A stretch of 64,000 bases of DNA from Eledone cirrhosa. Its lineage: Eukaryota. Shown piece after piece: positions 1-56,055 of this stretch (positions within the stretch are counted from its first letter, which is position 1; each line of letters starts with the position of its first letter). The notes below the pieces were generated by a model, which saw only the letters and a program-made list of their open reading frames with translations, had not been told where the DNA came from and did not search any database. Location of the stretch: NCBI GenBank assembly GCA_964016885.1, contig OZ024763.1:6076001-6140000 (forward strand). Reading direction: 5' to 3'. Both the position numbers and the translations under genes were made by a program.

Positions 1-36
<36 letters not shown>

Positions 37-227
37 TTGGTCCGCGACCAAGTTAGTAAGTGTGCTGACCGGGTCCGTTATAATTATAATAATTATAATT
101 ATTATTATTATTGTTGTTGTTATCGTTATCGATATAGTAGTAGTAGTAGTAGTAGTAGTTGTTATTGTTTGTTGTTGCTGTTATCATTATTGATATAGTA
201 GTTGTAGTAGTTGTAGTAGTAGTAATT

Positions 228-42269
<42,042 letters not shown>

Positions 42270-42273
42270 GATG

Positions 42274-42368
42274 CTAGGTCCTAACTACCAGTGGTCTCTC
42301 TGTCAACATAGACACAACACTCTCTGCTGCTGCACAGTCATCTATAATAACATCCAATTGTGATTCAT
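42274..42368 (-). promoter_or_regulatory. Three short uORFs in the putative 5' UTR part of coding exon 1
   Basis: ATG..TAG at 42368-42342 (MNHNWMLL), ATG..TGA at 42341-42303 (MTVQQQRVLCLC) and ATG..TAG at 42309-42274 ([11 protein letters not shown]). Depends on the acceptor at 42372 being used. Confidence 0.5.
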
Positions 42369-42449
42369 CAACCTTTAATAAAATACAGAGACACAGATAA
42401 GTTCATTTTTATCATATATTTGACATTTTAAATCATACTTAAATTACAG

Positions 42450-43211
42450 CAGAGGTTCTCAAAATGGGCGCTACCGCCTCCCGGGGGGGCATTGAGAAGG
42501 TTCAGGGGAGCGCTGAGGCCTAAGGGGGCATTGGAGGAAGGGGGCTATGAATTTATTATTTATATTATTATAGTATTGTATATCATCATCATCATCATCA
42601 TCATCATCAGGTTTAGCGTCCGTGTTCCACGCTTGCATGGGTTTGGACGGGGGTTTTCCCACTTGAGGCAAGAGTGGTTGTCTTGCTCGCATAGGACTGT
42701 CTGGCGGGTTTTCTACAGTTGGATGCCCTTCCTAACACCAACCACATTTACAGTGTGGGGCTGGGAGGTTTTTACCGTGTTGCCTACACGGCCACATTAC
42801 AGCGTGGACTGTCTGGCGGGTTTTCTACAGCTGGATGCCCTTCCTAACACCAACCACATTTACAGTGTGGGGCTGGGAGGTTTTTACCGTGTTGCCTACA
42901 CGGCCACATTTACAGCGTAGACTGTGTGTTTTTTGTCGTGACACCTACACGATCTCATTTGTTTCGGCCTGGATGTTGTGGGACCAACATAACTTTACAT
43001 TGAAAGGGGCGGTGTGGGTGGGGTGGAGCTGGTGGGACGGGGGTGTGTTTTGATAGAGATGCCTACTGACTGTAGTAGGTTTTTACTTTGTATTTAGGTA
43101 AGGCGGGTCTTCTCTATTACTGAGTACCGCCAAAGGTCTCGGTCCAGTGACATTGTCTTGGAGAGGTGTAAGCGTGATTATATATATGATATAACAGTAT
43201 ATTAAATATCA

Positions 43212-43257
<46 letters not shown>

Positions 43258-43392
43258 AAATAAAGAATATATAATATTTATTATATATTATTTACAATTT
43301 GCATGTAGGCAGGTCTTTCTGGAAATAGGGTTTGGGGGCGCTGAGGGTATTAAGTGGCTTGTGGGTGGGGGGCAAAAGTTTGAGAACCTCTG
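42450..43392. mobile_element. hAT (Charlie-like) non-autonomous DNA transposon with nested SINE fragments
   Basis: 14-bp TIRs cagaggttctcaaa / tttgagaacctctg, 8-bp TSD aattacag / tattacag. Confidence 0.82.
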
Positions 43393-43472
43393 TATTACAG
43401 TAACACAACAACACCAAGGTTTAAGGCTATTGACCCCACTAAAACAGGGGTCTACAATAAACAACATTTTAA

Positions 43473-43654
43473 CCCTTCAGCATTTACATTACTCTATAAT
43501 TTCATGGTAAAGGCTTTACCTCAATATCGAATCTATGAGATTTTGATATTATTTATGTTGAGATCAATACCTTAACATCAGTATGAGCGGCGAGTTTGAA
43601 CAGAAAGAGGTAAAAGAATTTTGGCTGGACATGGCTGGTTTAAATGCTAAAGCG
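43473..43654. mobile_element. piggyBac-type MITE
   Basis: TTAA flanks, same internal sequence as 13759-13962 in reverse. Confidence 0.8.
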
Positions 43655-43804
43655 TTAAGGATATTGACCCCTCTAAAACAGGGGTCTACATTAAACATTT
43701 TAAAGCTCCTGACCCCACTAAAACAATGTGTAATACAATATACAATACACTCAACTTATCAATAAGTTAAAATGTCCTAAACTATTCTTTCAGTGAGTGG
43801 AGAT

Positions 43805-44235
43805 GTGTGACCTTGTGGTAAGGGTGTTGGACTTACTACGACCCTGGGTTTGATTCCTGGACAGGGTTGTGTATTGTATGACTGTGTGACCTTGTGGTAA
43901 GGGTGTTGGACTTACTACGACCCTGGGTTTGATTCCTGGACAAGGTTGTGTATTGTGTGACTGTGTGACCTTGTGGTAAGGGTGTTGGACTTACTACAAC
44001 CCTGAGTTTGATTCCTGGACAGGGTTGTGTATTGGGTTCTTGAGCAAAACATTTCATTTCACATTACTCCAATAAACTTAGCTGAACATAAATATCAGCA
44101 ATAGCTGGGGGTTTAACCCTGCGATGGACTGGCATCCTGTCCAGGGGAAGTCTTGTACTCTCTCTCACTCACTGCCATGGAAACCGGGATAAGCAGCAGC
44201 TTGATGAACCTCCTGGCTCAAGACAGACTTTAGAC
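43805..44235 (+). mobile_element. tRNA-derived SINE family C (V-domain-like) with triplicated 5' head
   Basis: Three copies of about 80 bp (gtgtgaccttgtggtaagggtgttggactt...gtttgattcctggacag), then ttcttgagcaaaaca...ccctgcgatggactggcatcctgtccaggg...ggaaaccgggataag. Confidence 0.75.
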
Positions 44236-44746
44236 TTTTTAGAATCCTACAGTGACCCACTATGTTATTGATACGCCAGTGATAAGATTTATCCAAGAAA
44301 AAGAAAGAAGAATTTCAAACCCCCTTCAACTATACCACTGACCTCAGGGTGACCTGCAGCTATCTATTACTATCACACACGCACATGCACAAAGACACAT
44401 ACACACGCACACATGCAGATGCAGATGCACAGACACATATATACACACATGCAGATGCACAGACACATACATACACACATGCAGAGACCAGTATGGATAC
44501 ACAGGAATGCAGGCGCACACAGACACACGTGCATACACACATGCACATAGATACACAGACGTAGACACAGATACACATAGGTAGATACACACACAGGCAT
44601 GCAAACCAATATACAAGCATATATATACATATAGACACACACACACATAGCTTTGTTTATTGGTTTGTTCTTGATAACAGTTCAAGGTGACCAACTTTTT
44701 ATTATAGATATTGTGAAAGTTGTTGTGTTTATTGAGAGGGGGAGGG

Positions 44747-44781
<35 letters not shown>

Positions 44782-44986
44782 TCGACAGACGTGGAATATT
44801 TCTCATAGTTAATAGTTTTGAATTTTAACAAAACTGACACACACACACACAGACAATAACTGACACACACACACACAGACAATAACTGACACACACACAC
44901 AGACAATAACTGACACACACACACACAGACAATAACTGACACACACACACACACAGACAATAACTGACACACACACAGACAATAAC

Positions 44987-45017
<31 letters not shown>

Positions 45018-45075
45018 CATACACACACACACACAGAAACCAACACTGACCAGGGTGTTTTTCTTTCATGTTTAA

Positions 45076-45282
45076 CCCTTTACCATTTACATTAGTCTAT
45101 ATTTACTATTGTATTTTTGTGGTAAAGGTCTTATCTCACATAATATTGAATTTGCCAGATTTTGATATTTATTTCGAGGACAATACTTTAACATAAGTAT
45201 GAGCAGCCAGTTATGGCCGGTTTGAACAGAAAGAGGTGAGAGAGAATTATGGCCGGATACAGCCGGTTTAAATGTTAAAGGG
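45076..45282. mobile_element. piggyBac-type MITE
   Basis: TTAA flanks, CCCTTTA / TAAAGGG ends. Confidence 0.83.
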
Positions 45283-45299
45283 TTAATGGTTCTGTGGTA

Positions 45300-45900
45300 A
45301 CATGTAGTGACAACTCACATATAGGTGGGTTTAGCTCCCCTTTCGCAAGATTGTATCTCATTGGAGGTTTCTGGGTGTTATAATGCTATCATGTTTAGTT
45401 GCCCTTTAACAAGGTTATATCTCAGAGACGGTTGCTTGGGTGTTTTAATGATAGGGACCCCAGTCCTAACATTGTTGTAACATCTCACATCTATGTGGGT
45501 TTAGCTGGTCTCATATATGGTTGTATCTCATTGGAGGTTTCTTGGATCTTATAATGATAGGGACCTCCAGTCCTATCATGCTGATGATACAGCTCACACC
45601 TATGTGGGTTTAGCTGACCTCCTATGAGGTATATCAGTTTTCTTGGGTGTTTTAATGATAAGGATCCTAGTCCTATTGTATTGTTACAACTCTCACCCAC
45701 CTAGATTTAGCTGGCTTTTAACATAGGTTTCTTGTGCGTTTTAATGATAGGGGCTCTAGTCCTATCATGCTATTGCAGTTACAGCTCACACCTATGTGAA
45801 GTATGTTGTGGGCTTCTTGGGTGTTTTATTGATAGGGATCTCCAGTCATATCATTATTGTTGTTACAGCTCGCACCTATGTAAATTTAGCTGGTCTCATA
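45300..45900. repeat. Diverged tandem array of a dispersed unit of about 90-100 bp (also at 24960-25180, 30932-31148, 38765-39020, 52570-53350)
   Basis: ttttaatgatagggaccccagtcctatcatgttgttacagctcacacctatgtaggtttagctggcc motif. Confidence 0.8.
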
Positions 45901-46497
45901 CTACATAAATACAAGCTGCGCTTTTAGATAAATATAAACATTTTCATTATATATAGAGAGAGAGCTCTCTTGCAATAGATTGAGCATTGTTTTCCTTGAC
46001 CTTTTGTCTAGAGATATCCTACATACACACATACATATTCATACACACACACATACACATACATTCATACACACATATATATATATATATTCATACACAC
46101 ACACACACACATACACACACACACACATACATATACATTCATACACACACATATATACATTCATACACACACATATATATTCATACACACACATATATAT
46201 ATATTCATACACACATACATTCATGCACACACTATATACATACATACATACATTCATACACACACACATATATATACATATACACACACACACATATATA
46301 TACATATACTCACACACACACACACATACATACACACACACACACACAATATATATATATATACATACATTCATACACACTCACATATATACATATACAC
46401 ACACACACACAATATACATATATATACATACATTCATACACACTCACATATATACATATACACACACACAATATATATATATATACATACACACACA

Positions 46498-46534
<37 letters not shown>

Positions 46535-46799
46535 TGTATGTGTGTGTGTGAGAGAGCTTCTGAGAAAGTGTAACACATGCATGTATAAAATATCTATACA
46601 CCCGCCCTCATACGTAAACACGTGCAGGGAAACACGTACACATCCCGACTGGTCGACGTTAAACCATTTTCAACAATCACCAAACATGAAAGACTGTCGC
46701 TGTAAAACGTGACTTGAGGAGTAAAATTATTGAAATAACTGAGAAGTCCACTGGGAGGTTCTGGTGTTGTTAAAAACATACGACTACATAGTTCACCTC

Positions 46800-47965
46800 C
46801 AATACTACTACTACCAACACCAACACCACTACTGCTACTACTACTGGCACCAACACCACTACTGCTACCAACACTACTACTGCTACTACTACTGGCACCA
46901 ACACCACTACTGCTACTGGTACCAACACTACTACTGCTACTGGTACTGGTACCAACACCACTACTGCTACTGGCACCAACACCACTACTGCTACTGGTAC
47001 TGGTACCAACACCACTACTGCTACTGCTACTGGTACCAACACCACTACTGCTACTGCTACTAACACCACTACTGCTACTGGCACCAACACCACTACTGCT
47101 ACTGGTACCAACACCACTACTGCTACTGGTACCAACACCACTACTGCTACTGGCACCAACACCACTACTGCTACTGGTACCAACACCACTACTGCTACTG
47201 GTACCAACACCACTACTGCTACTGGTACCAACACCACTACTGCTACTGGCACCAACACCACTACTGCTACTGGTACCAACACCACTACTGCTACTGGTAC
47301 CAACACCACTACTGCTACTGCTACTGGTACCAACACCACTACTGCTACTGGTACCAACACCACTACTGCTACTGGTACCATCACCACTGGTACTACTACT
47401 ACTACTACTACCACTGGTACTACTACTACTACTACCACTGGTACTACTACTACTACTACTACCACTGGTACTACTACTACTACTGGTAAAACCACCACCA
47501 CCACCACCAGTGATACCAACACCACTACTACTACCACCACCACCAACACCACAACTACCAAGACTACTACCACCACCACCGGCATCAACACCACTACTGC
47601 TACTACTACTGGTACCATCACCACTAGTACTACTGCTACTACTACCACTGGTACTACTACTACTACTACCACTGGTACTACTACTACTACTACTGGTAAA
47701 ACCACCACCACCACCACCACCACCAGTGATACCAACACCACTACTACTACCACCACCACCAACACCACAACTACCAAGACTACTACGACCACCACCGGCA
47801 TCAACACCACTACTGCTACTACTACTGGTACCATCACCACTAGTACTACTGCTACTACTACCAAGACTACTACCACCACCACCACCGGTATCAACACCAC
47901 TAATACTACTGCTGGTACCAACAACACAATTCCGTTACTAACACCACTACTACCACTACAACCAC
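46800..47965. repeat. (cta/cca)-based compound tandem repeat
   Basis: accaacaccactactgctactggt variants. Confidence 0.95.
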
Positions 47966-48103
47966 TTTCAAGGTCAGTGGTTCTTCTTTGCAGCTGCTGA
48001 TGTTTCTACAGTGTATATGTGGGTGTGTGTATATATGTGGCTGTATCTGCATGTGTGCGTATATATTGGAGAGTGCACGTATATGTGAGGGAGTAAACAT
48101 AAG

Positions 48104-48146
<43 letters not shown>

Positions 48147-48147
<1 letters not shown>

Positions 48148-48490
48148 GAGGCACATGGCTTAGTGGTTAGAGCATTGGGCTTGCAATCGAAAGGTTGTGA
48201 GTTCAATTCTCAGACCGGGTGATGTGTTGTTTCCTTGAGCAAGACACTTTATTTCACATTGCTCCAGTTTACTCAGCTGTAGAAATGAGATGATAGGGAC
48301 TGGGGTCCCTATCATTCCACTGCAAAGTGGTCGTGGAGGTGCCACGGCAAAAAAGCACCCAGCACTCACTGTAAATGAGGTTGGTGTTAGGAAGGGCATC
48401 CAGCTGTAGAAATCAAGCCAAAATCAGTTCCCGTCCCACCCTTGCAAGCAGGGAAAAAGCAGACGTAAAATAAAATGATGATAATGATGA

Positions 48491-48494
<4 letters not shown>
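48147..48494 (+). mobile_element. Full-length tRNA-derived SINE (family B) with RTE-type 3' tail
   Basis: A box tggcttagtgg, B box gagttcaattc, body ccttgagcaagacact, aggaagggcatccagctgtagaaa, tail cttgcaagcagggaaaa..gacgtaaaa(tga)n. Near-identical reverse copies at 2221-2502 and 27590-27868. Confidence 0.85.
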
Positions 48495-48552
<58 letters not shown>

Positions 48553-48627
48553 AAATGGATGCAGTAAAAACCAGTTAGACTGTTACTAACCAGAGTACGT
48601 GATACTTGGGGTAGTAGAATGGGTAAT

Positions 48628-48753
48628 ATGAAAGAGTGGGGACCCCAACGGCTGAGCTCTTGCCGTTTCAACAGTTAGTTCCAAACAGAATTCAGTTCAG
48701 AACTAGCTGTTGAAATTGCAGGAGCTCAGCCGTCAGGGTCCCCACTCTTTCAT
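48628..48753. repeat. Inverted repeat, 59-bp arms with 8-nt loop
   Basis: 51 of 59 positions complementary. Confidence 0.9.
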
Positions 48754-49081
48754 GTGTGTGTGAGTGGGTGGGTGGTGGTGGTGGTGGTGACATAGAATGT
48801 TCGGGTGCATGTTTGTGTATATATGTGCATATATATATATATAGAGAGAGAGAGAGATATGTGTGTGTGTGGTGGTGAGACTTTGTATGTTTGGGTGCAT
48901 GTGTGTGTGTGTATGGTAGCAGGTGGGGGTAAGGGGGTTATTTGGTAAGTATTTTAGTTATTTATATGACTACTTTTTATGCTAAATTATAAAAACTTAA
49001 CCTACTTTTAAACAATCACACACCAATAATAACAACCATTCATTCTTTTTTAAATACATACATTATTATCATCATCATTAT

Positions 49082-49790
49082 TTTGCCTTTCATCCTTACG
49101 GGGTTGATAAAATAAAGTACCAGTAATGTACTGGGTTATTGCTGGCCTTGTGCCAAAATTAGAAACAATTATTATTATTACTATTGGTGGATTGCCAGCA
49201 TAGAGTTACGGCCCTTTGCAGTTTGAGTTCAAATTCCACTGAGGTTAACTTTACCTTTCATCCTTAAGGGGTTGATAAAATAAAACACTAATAATGGGAT
49301 TATTGCTGACCTTGTGCCCAAAGTAGAAACAATTATTGCTATGTCTAAAAACATCTGACTGATAAAATGACAAGTCAGTCACTCATATTGGTGACTTCCC
49401 CACAGCCCCGGTGGACAGAATGGAGAAGGTGCTTCCCCGGAGGACAGCAAGGGAGACGCGCTGGAAGAACCATTCCAACTGGTGAGGCCCACACCTGCAG
49501 CTGGCCAGCTCAGCGCCTATGGTTATTGTATATTTATATAAGGCTGCTGTATTGGCAGTAACTGATAGAGCATCGGACATACTTTGCAGCGTATAGTTAC
49601 AGTCCTTTACGATCTGAGTTCAAATTCCGCCGAGGTTGACTTCGCCTTTCATCCTTACGGGGGGTCGATAAAATAAAGTACCAGTAATGTACTGCGGTCG
49701 ATTTAATCGACTTTCTCCTCCCCCAAAATTGTTGGCCTTGTGCCTATATCAGAAACCATACCAGTAATACACTGAGTAATTCCTGGCCTT
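49082..49790 (+). mobile_element. Cluster of SINE family A copies and fragments
   Basis: Family A core at about 49085, 49255 and 49645. Confidence 0.78.
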
Positions 49791-50158
49791 ATTATTAAAT
49801 ACGTACACACACACACAAAGTTTCATTTACATGTTCTTATTGATTGTCGACACGTTACGTACATTTCACAGATGATTGGCTCAAGGTCCACTACTGATGC
49901 AATGGATCCGACCCCCAACATCGAACTGCTCGTCAGACATGGAGATTCAACAAAAAGCAGATATGTTTTTTTTTTTTCCAATATATAAATACTGCCTTTG
50001 AATCGGTTGGTGATATTGGTGCCACCCCCAGTAATTCGCTTATATATATATTATATACAGGTATGCGACTTATCTAGAGCTGCTACAAAAAAACTTGAAT
50101 CCCCCAAATATATGGTACATTGTAGATGTATGTAAAAACGATAGTGCGACTTATACAC

Positions 50159-50222
<64 letters not shown>

Positions 50223-50604
50223 CCAGATTATATATATCGCTTGCATCATTTAATAGAATTTTCCGACCATATATACATATACAAATATATAATACACATC
50301 TATACACACACACACACACGAGAGAGAATGACGGACGAAGACGGAAAAAATGTTCAATATATAAGAGAATGTCCTTGACCTTTTGAAGAGAAGTACTTCC
50401 CTCTGGTGGGTGTTCAACGACTAACAAACAACAAAAAGGGGCAGATAACTCCAACAACACTGCAAATAACCAAAAAGGACACTGCAGTAAAGGAGTGGCA
50501 GATGCTGACACCAGGCAGCAGACAACTGTACTAAACAGGACTTCCTGCAGTGAAGGAGCTACTACTACACTGGAATGATATCCTTGATTCCTGTGTTGCT
50601 ATCT

Positions 50605-51490
50605 TTTAACCTCTCATTACCATATTTCTAATGAAAGACACTGTCTATGTCTTTAATCCTTTCATTACCATATTTCTAATGAAAGACACTATGTCTTTAA
50701 CCCTTTCATTACCATATTTCTAATGAAAGACACTGTCTATGTCTTTAACCCTTCCATTACCATAATTCTAATGAAAGACACTACCTATGTCATTAACCCT
50801 TCCATTACCATATTTCTAATGAAAGACACTGTCTATGTCATTAACTCTTCCATTACCATATTTCTAATGAAAGACACTGTCTATGTCATTAACCCTTTCA
50901 TTACCATATTTCTAATGAAAGACACTGTCTATGTCTTTAACCCTTTCCTTACCATATTTCTAATGAAAGACACTGTCTATGTCTTTAACCCTTTCCTTAC
51001 CATATTTCTAATGAAAGACACTGTCTATGTCTTTAACCCTTTCCTTACCATATTTCTAATGAAAAAGATTGTCTGTCTTTAACCCTTTCCTTACCATATT
51101 TCTAATAAAAGACCCTGTCTATGTCTTTAACCCTTTCCTTACCATATTTCTAATGAAAAAGATTGTCTGTCTTTAACCCTTTCCTTACCATATTTCTAAT
51201 GAAAAAGATTGTCTATGTCTTTAACTCTTTCCTTACCATATTTCTAATAAAAGACCCTGTCTATGTCTTTAACCCTTTCATTACCATATTTCTAATGGAA
51301 GACACTGTCTATGTCTTTAACCCTTTCCTTACCATATTTCTAATGAAAAACACTGTCTATGTCTTTAACCCTTTCATTACCATATTTCTAATGAAAGACC
51401 CTGTATATGTCTTTAACCCTTTCATTACCATATTTCTAGTGAAAAACACTGTCTATGTCTTTAACCTTTTCATTACCTTATTTCTAATGG
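50605..51490. repeat. 48-bp MITE-end-derived minisatellite, about 18 copies
   Basis: aaccctttcattaccatatttctaatgaaagacactgtctatgtcttt. Confidence 0.96.
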
Positions 51491-52571
51491 AAGAGGTTGT
51501 TCGCTATGGTTATCAAATAATTTCGAAAATAATCAAGAATTCAGAGAGATTTAGTCATATAACCAGCTTTCTCATTACTAAGCTGGTGTTTGGAACCATA
51601 AAGGTTCTTAACATAACATTCTGATGGAAGGTTTTTAGATAAATATAAACAGCTTTGTATGATAGAACAACCTGAGTAGATTACAGATGTCACAATCTTT
51701 TCAGGAAAAAATGTTTGTTTACAGGAAAATGCACATATCTCTGCAGTGTGTTTGGTGCACTGTACTGCAGTGTATTTGGTGCACTGTACTGCAAGAAACA
51801 AGATGCTGAAATGGCATTAAGAAAAATGGTGGAGGTGAAGGTGGATGGTGATGTGGGGATGGAAAGTTGGCAAGGAAATAGATGTAGAAGTTTAAATGGA
51901 GAAATGTGGAGCTTTGCTGAGTTGGAAAAGAAAGAAACGGAACACAGGAGAGACACATTCTCAAATATCACAGACAGGTTGGCTATGTATAGGGGGAGGG
52001 GAGTGAGGAAGGTTGTGGGGGGAGGCTGTGTGAGGTGGTGTGTGTGCGAGAGAGAAGCTGTGTGTCTGTATGTGTGTGAGAGAGAGAGAGAGAATGAAAG
52101 ACTTCCTGTGTGTGAAAGAGAGAGAGAGATTGTGTGTTTATTTATGAGAAAGAGAGTAGAGTGTGTGTATGAGAAAGAGAGTAGAGTGTGTGTATGAGAG
52201 AGAAGTAGTGTGAGAGAGAGAGAGAGATTGGTGATATTTAAACAACAAAGCAATGTCAGTCGGAAGCGAGGGCATTATTATATTTGAAGACTAGAAATGT
52301 CTAATGGTGGAGGTGAACCATTGTAATTAGTAGAGAGAAGAAAGATATGTAGGAAATGTTATTGTTAGTTGGGAGAGAGATGACCAAAGTAAAAATGGTA
52401 GAGGAATGGACATGTGGCAGAGATTGTAGAGGAATGGACATGTGGCAGAGGTTGTAGAGGAATGGACATGTGGTTCTTCAGTTCAATTCTGCCATAGATA
52501 TGGCATTTCAATCTATGTAGTTCAGTTTCTTTGGCAAGGGGAAACTAGGTCATTAATACTTTGATCTTGAT

Positions 52572-53070
52572 GCTGTTACACTTGATACTTATGTAGGTTT
52601 ACCTGGCCTTCAACAGGGTTTTATTGATAGGGGTTTCAGTCCTATCATGTTGTTGTTGTTACACTTGATACTTATGTAGGTTTACCTGGCCTTCAACAAG
52701 GTTTTATTGATAGGGGTTTCAGTCCTATCATGTTGTTGTTGTTACACTTGATACTTATGTAGGTTTACCTGGCCTTCAACAAGGTTTTATTGATAGGGGT
52801 TTCAGTCCTATCATGTTGTTGTTGTTACACTTGATACTTATGTAGGTTTACCTGGCCTTCAACAGGGTTTTATTGATAGAGGTTCCAGTTCTATCATGTT
52901 GTTGTTGTTACACTTGATACTTATGTAGGATTACCTGGCCTTCAACAGGGTTTTATTGATAGGGGTTCCAGTTCTATCATGTTGTTGTTGTTACACTTGA
53001 TACTTATGTAGGTTTACCTGGCCTTCAACAGGGTTTTATTGATAGGGGTTCCAGTTCTATCATGTTGTTA
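52572..53070. repeat. Tandem repeat, unit about 83 bp, about 6 copies
   Basis: gttacacttgatacttatgtaggtttacctggccttcaac...gttttattgatagggg..cagt.ctatcatgttgttgtt. Confidence 0.92.
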
Positions 53071-54294
53071 CATCTCACACTTATGTAGATTTAGCTGATC
53101 TCCTACAACAAGGTTATATTTCATAGGAGGTTTCTTGGATGTTTTAATGATAGGGGCTCCAGTCCTATCATGTTGTTGTTACAGCTCACACCTATGTAGA
53201 TTCATCTGACCCCCTATAAAGTTGTATCTCATATGAGGTTTCTTGTGTTTTAACGATGGGGGCCCCAGTCCCGTCATGTTGTTGTTACAGCTCACATTTA
53301 GGAGAGCTAGCTTTCAATAAGGAGATTTCCTACGTGTTTTAATGATAGGAACCCTAGAACCTATTCTAAAGTGGTTGGTGATTAGAAGGGGTACCCAGCC
53401 ATAGAAAACCTGCCAAACAAAAAGTTCAGGAGAACCCTCAGCTGTGTCCAAAACATAACCACCCTAGTGCTAATGATATGACAAAACACACTAGAAGGAT
53501 CGTGGGATCAATTGTAAGCATGATGCAAGTACCCAGCCAATCTGAGGGGTTAGTAGCCCTCCTTGAGTACTGAATCAGATTGTGAAAACTTGTCCAACCC
53601 ATGCTAGCAGGGGAAATGGACATTAAATGATGATGATGATGATTATACTGAACACTAAAACATTGAGTATAGGTATATATGGTGACAACAAAAAACACGC
53701 AGTCCACTCTGTAAAGGTGGTTGTTCTGGTGGCATGACAAATAAGCACCCAGTCGACCCTATTAGATGGTCGTTTCTGAGCCACAATAAAAAGCCCCCCA
53801 GTCAACACTGTGACATGGTTGGCATTAGGAAGGGCATCCAGCTGTAGAAACAAAGCCAGAATACAGATCCATGAGTAACATGTGGTCTCCAGACTTGACA
53901 TATCTCATAATGTGACAACCTGTCTAACCCATGCAAGCACAGAAAAATAGATGTTATACCTTTATATTACAATGTCAATACAGGTGTTAAAAGACCTCAC
54001 CCGTGAAGCAAACTTTTAACATATGCACACACAAACACATATATACATACACAAACACACATATATATACACACACTCAAATACACATATATATGCACAC
54101 ACAAATACACATATATATGCACACACAAACACATATATACACACACAAATACATATATATATACACACAAATACATATATATATACACACAAATACATAT
54201 ATATATACACACAAATACATATATATATACACACACAAATACATATATATATACACACACAAACACACATATATATATATATACACACACACAC

Positions 54295-54341
<47 letters not shown>

Positions 54342-54857
54342 CCAATTAGAAAAACAAGATTTTCTATTATCAAAAAAAGAAATTTAACAATGCAGACCAA
54401 ACAAAACATTTTTCTTCACGCTTGATTGTTATGGCCTTTACCTGTTTACTTCAAAGGTAAGCATGCACAACAACAACAACAGTAACAACAGAAGCCAATT
54501 GTGTATCAGGTATAAACCTGCCTTTGAAGGTTTTGTTATAAAAGACATTTCTATAAAACACCTTCTGTGCCTTTTTCAATGACTTTGGCCTAGAATACAT
54601 TAAATCAACCATGAAGTTTTACAGTTGATTCCTTTTCAGGACCTCAATGTAACATGTGAGGAATTTTCTGTGGTAATGTAGTGGAGGTGATAGAGGTAAT
54701 AGTGGCAGTTGATGTGAGAGAAACACACACACACACACATACACATACATATATATGCTTGCATATATATAGTATATACAGAGTATATATGTAGTATATA
54801 CAGAGTACCTGACCTCCCATGGGTACAAGCTGAAGCATATAGACAATATGCCCCCAC

Positions 54858-55110
54858 CGCAAGGTGGTCGTGGAGGTGCCACGGCAAAAAAGCACCCAGT
54901 CCACACTGTAAAGTGGACGTGTAGGCGCCACGAAAAAGCACCCAGCACTCACTGTAAATGAGGTTGGTGTTAGGAAGGGCATCCAGCTGTAGAAATCAAG
55001 CCAGATCAGTTCCTGTATGAGCAAGGCATGGTCAGCCGACCAGACACTGCCCACAACAGGACAACCCGTCTAACCCATGCTAGCGTGGAAGAACGGACGT
55101 AAAACGGTGG

Positions 55111-55146
<36 letters not shown>
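54858..55146 (+). mobile_element. SINE family B-related 3' fragment with (gat)n tail
   Basis: ggtcgtggaggtgccacggcaaaaaagcacccag...aggaagggcatccagctgtagaaatc...cccatgctagcgtggaagaacggacgtaaaac(gat)n. Confidence 0.75.
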
Positions 55147-55147
<1 letters not shown>

Positions 55148-55612
55148 ATATGTGTCTGTGTGTGTGTGTGTGTGCATGTATACATATGTCTATGTATATA
55201 TGTATTGTTATTGTATCCTTGTGTATCTTGAACTATAATTACATATGTGTGTGTGTGTAGTGTCACATCGCCAGCCTGAAAAGCAAATCGATAATGGAGT
55301 CAGGTCCATAACTCCTATGGGTTACCTTGAGCCAATCCTCTGTGAAACACACGTAACAGGTCAATACACAATAAATATCTTATGCATGTAAACAAAACTT
55401 CATTTTTTTCTAACACACACACACACACACACACACACTTGTAGCATAACATAGAAGGCCTGTTCAACCCATGCAAGCATGGAGAAATAGACATCAGACG
55501 ATGACGATTGTATGTGTGTGTGTTTGTTATGTATGTGTATGCATGAGTGTGTGTGTTTGTGTAAATATATGTCTGTGTGCATGTGAGCGTATGTGTATGT
55601 GTGTGAGTATGC

Positions 55613-55654
<42 letters not shown>

Positions 55655-56014
55655 TATCATATTTCTAGTGGCAACTGAAACAGATGTCTAACTCTAGGGA
55701 AGAAAAACATTGCCTTAAATTATCATCCCAATCCATCCATGGCCTCCTCCACTGGAACCACCAGAAAGAGATGGGAGAGAGGGACGTGAGATGGTAGGAT
55801 GGGAGACAGAGCGGGATGGGATGGGAGAGAGATGGGAGGGGGTAGGATGGGAGATAGGGGTGGTAGTATAGAGAGAGATGAGAGTGGGTGGGATGGAGAG
55901 AGATGAGAGTGGGTGGGATGGAGAGAGAACCCAGAAAACATCAACAGAGCATGACATTTGTGATATTTTCATCAACAATGTGGATTGTGCAGGGACTGTA
56001 TTATATATATATAA

Positions 56015-56055
<41 letters not shown>

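Noticed and set aside
46770-47941. 385-aa poly-Val or mucin-like Thr-rich ORFs
   Set aside because: Trinucleotide-based simple repeat with no recognisable splice context or domain.
48147-48220. tRNA gene
   Set aside because: A and B boxes are present but continue into a SINE body, and no complete cloverleaf is evident.
50389-50578. Stop-free plus-strand stretch of about 62 codons (EVLPSGGCSTTNKQQ...)
   Set aside because: No ATG, no partner exons and no recognisable motif. Such lengths arise by chance.
50723-51624. MKDTVYVFNPFITIFL repeat ORFs
   Set aside because: 48-bp MITE-end satellite.
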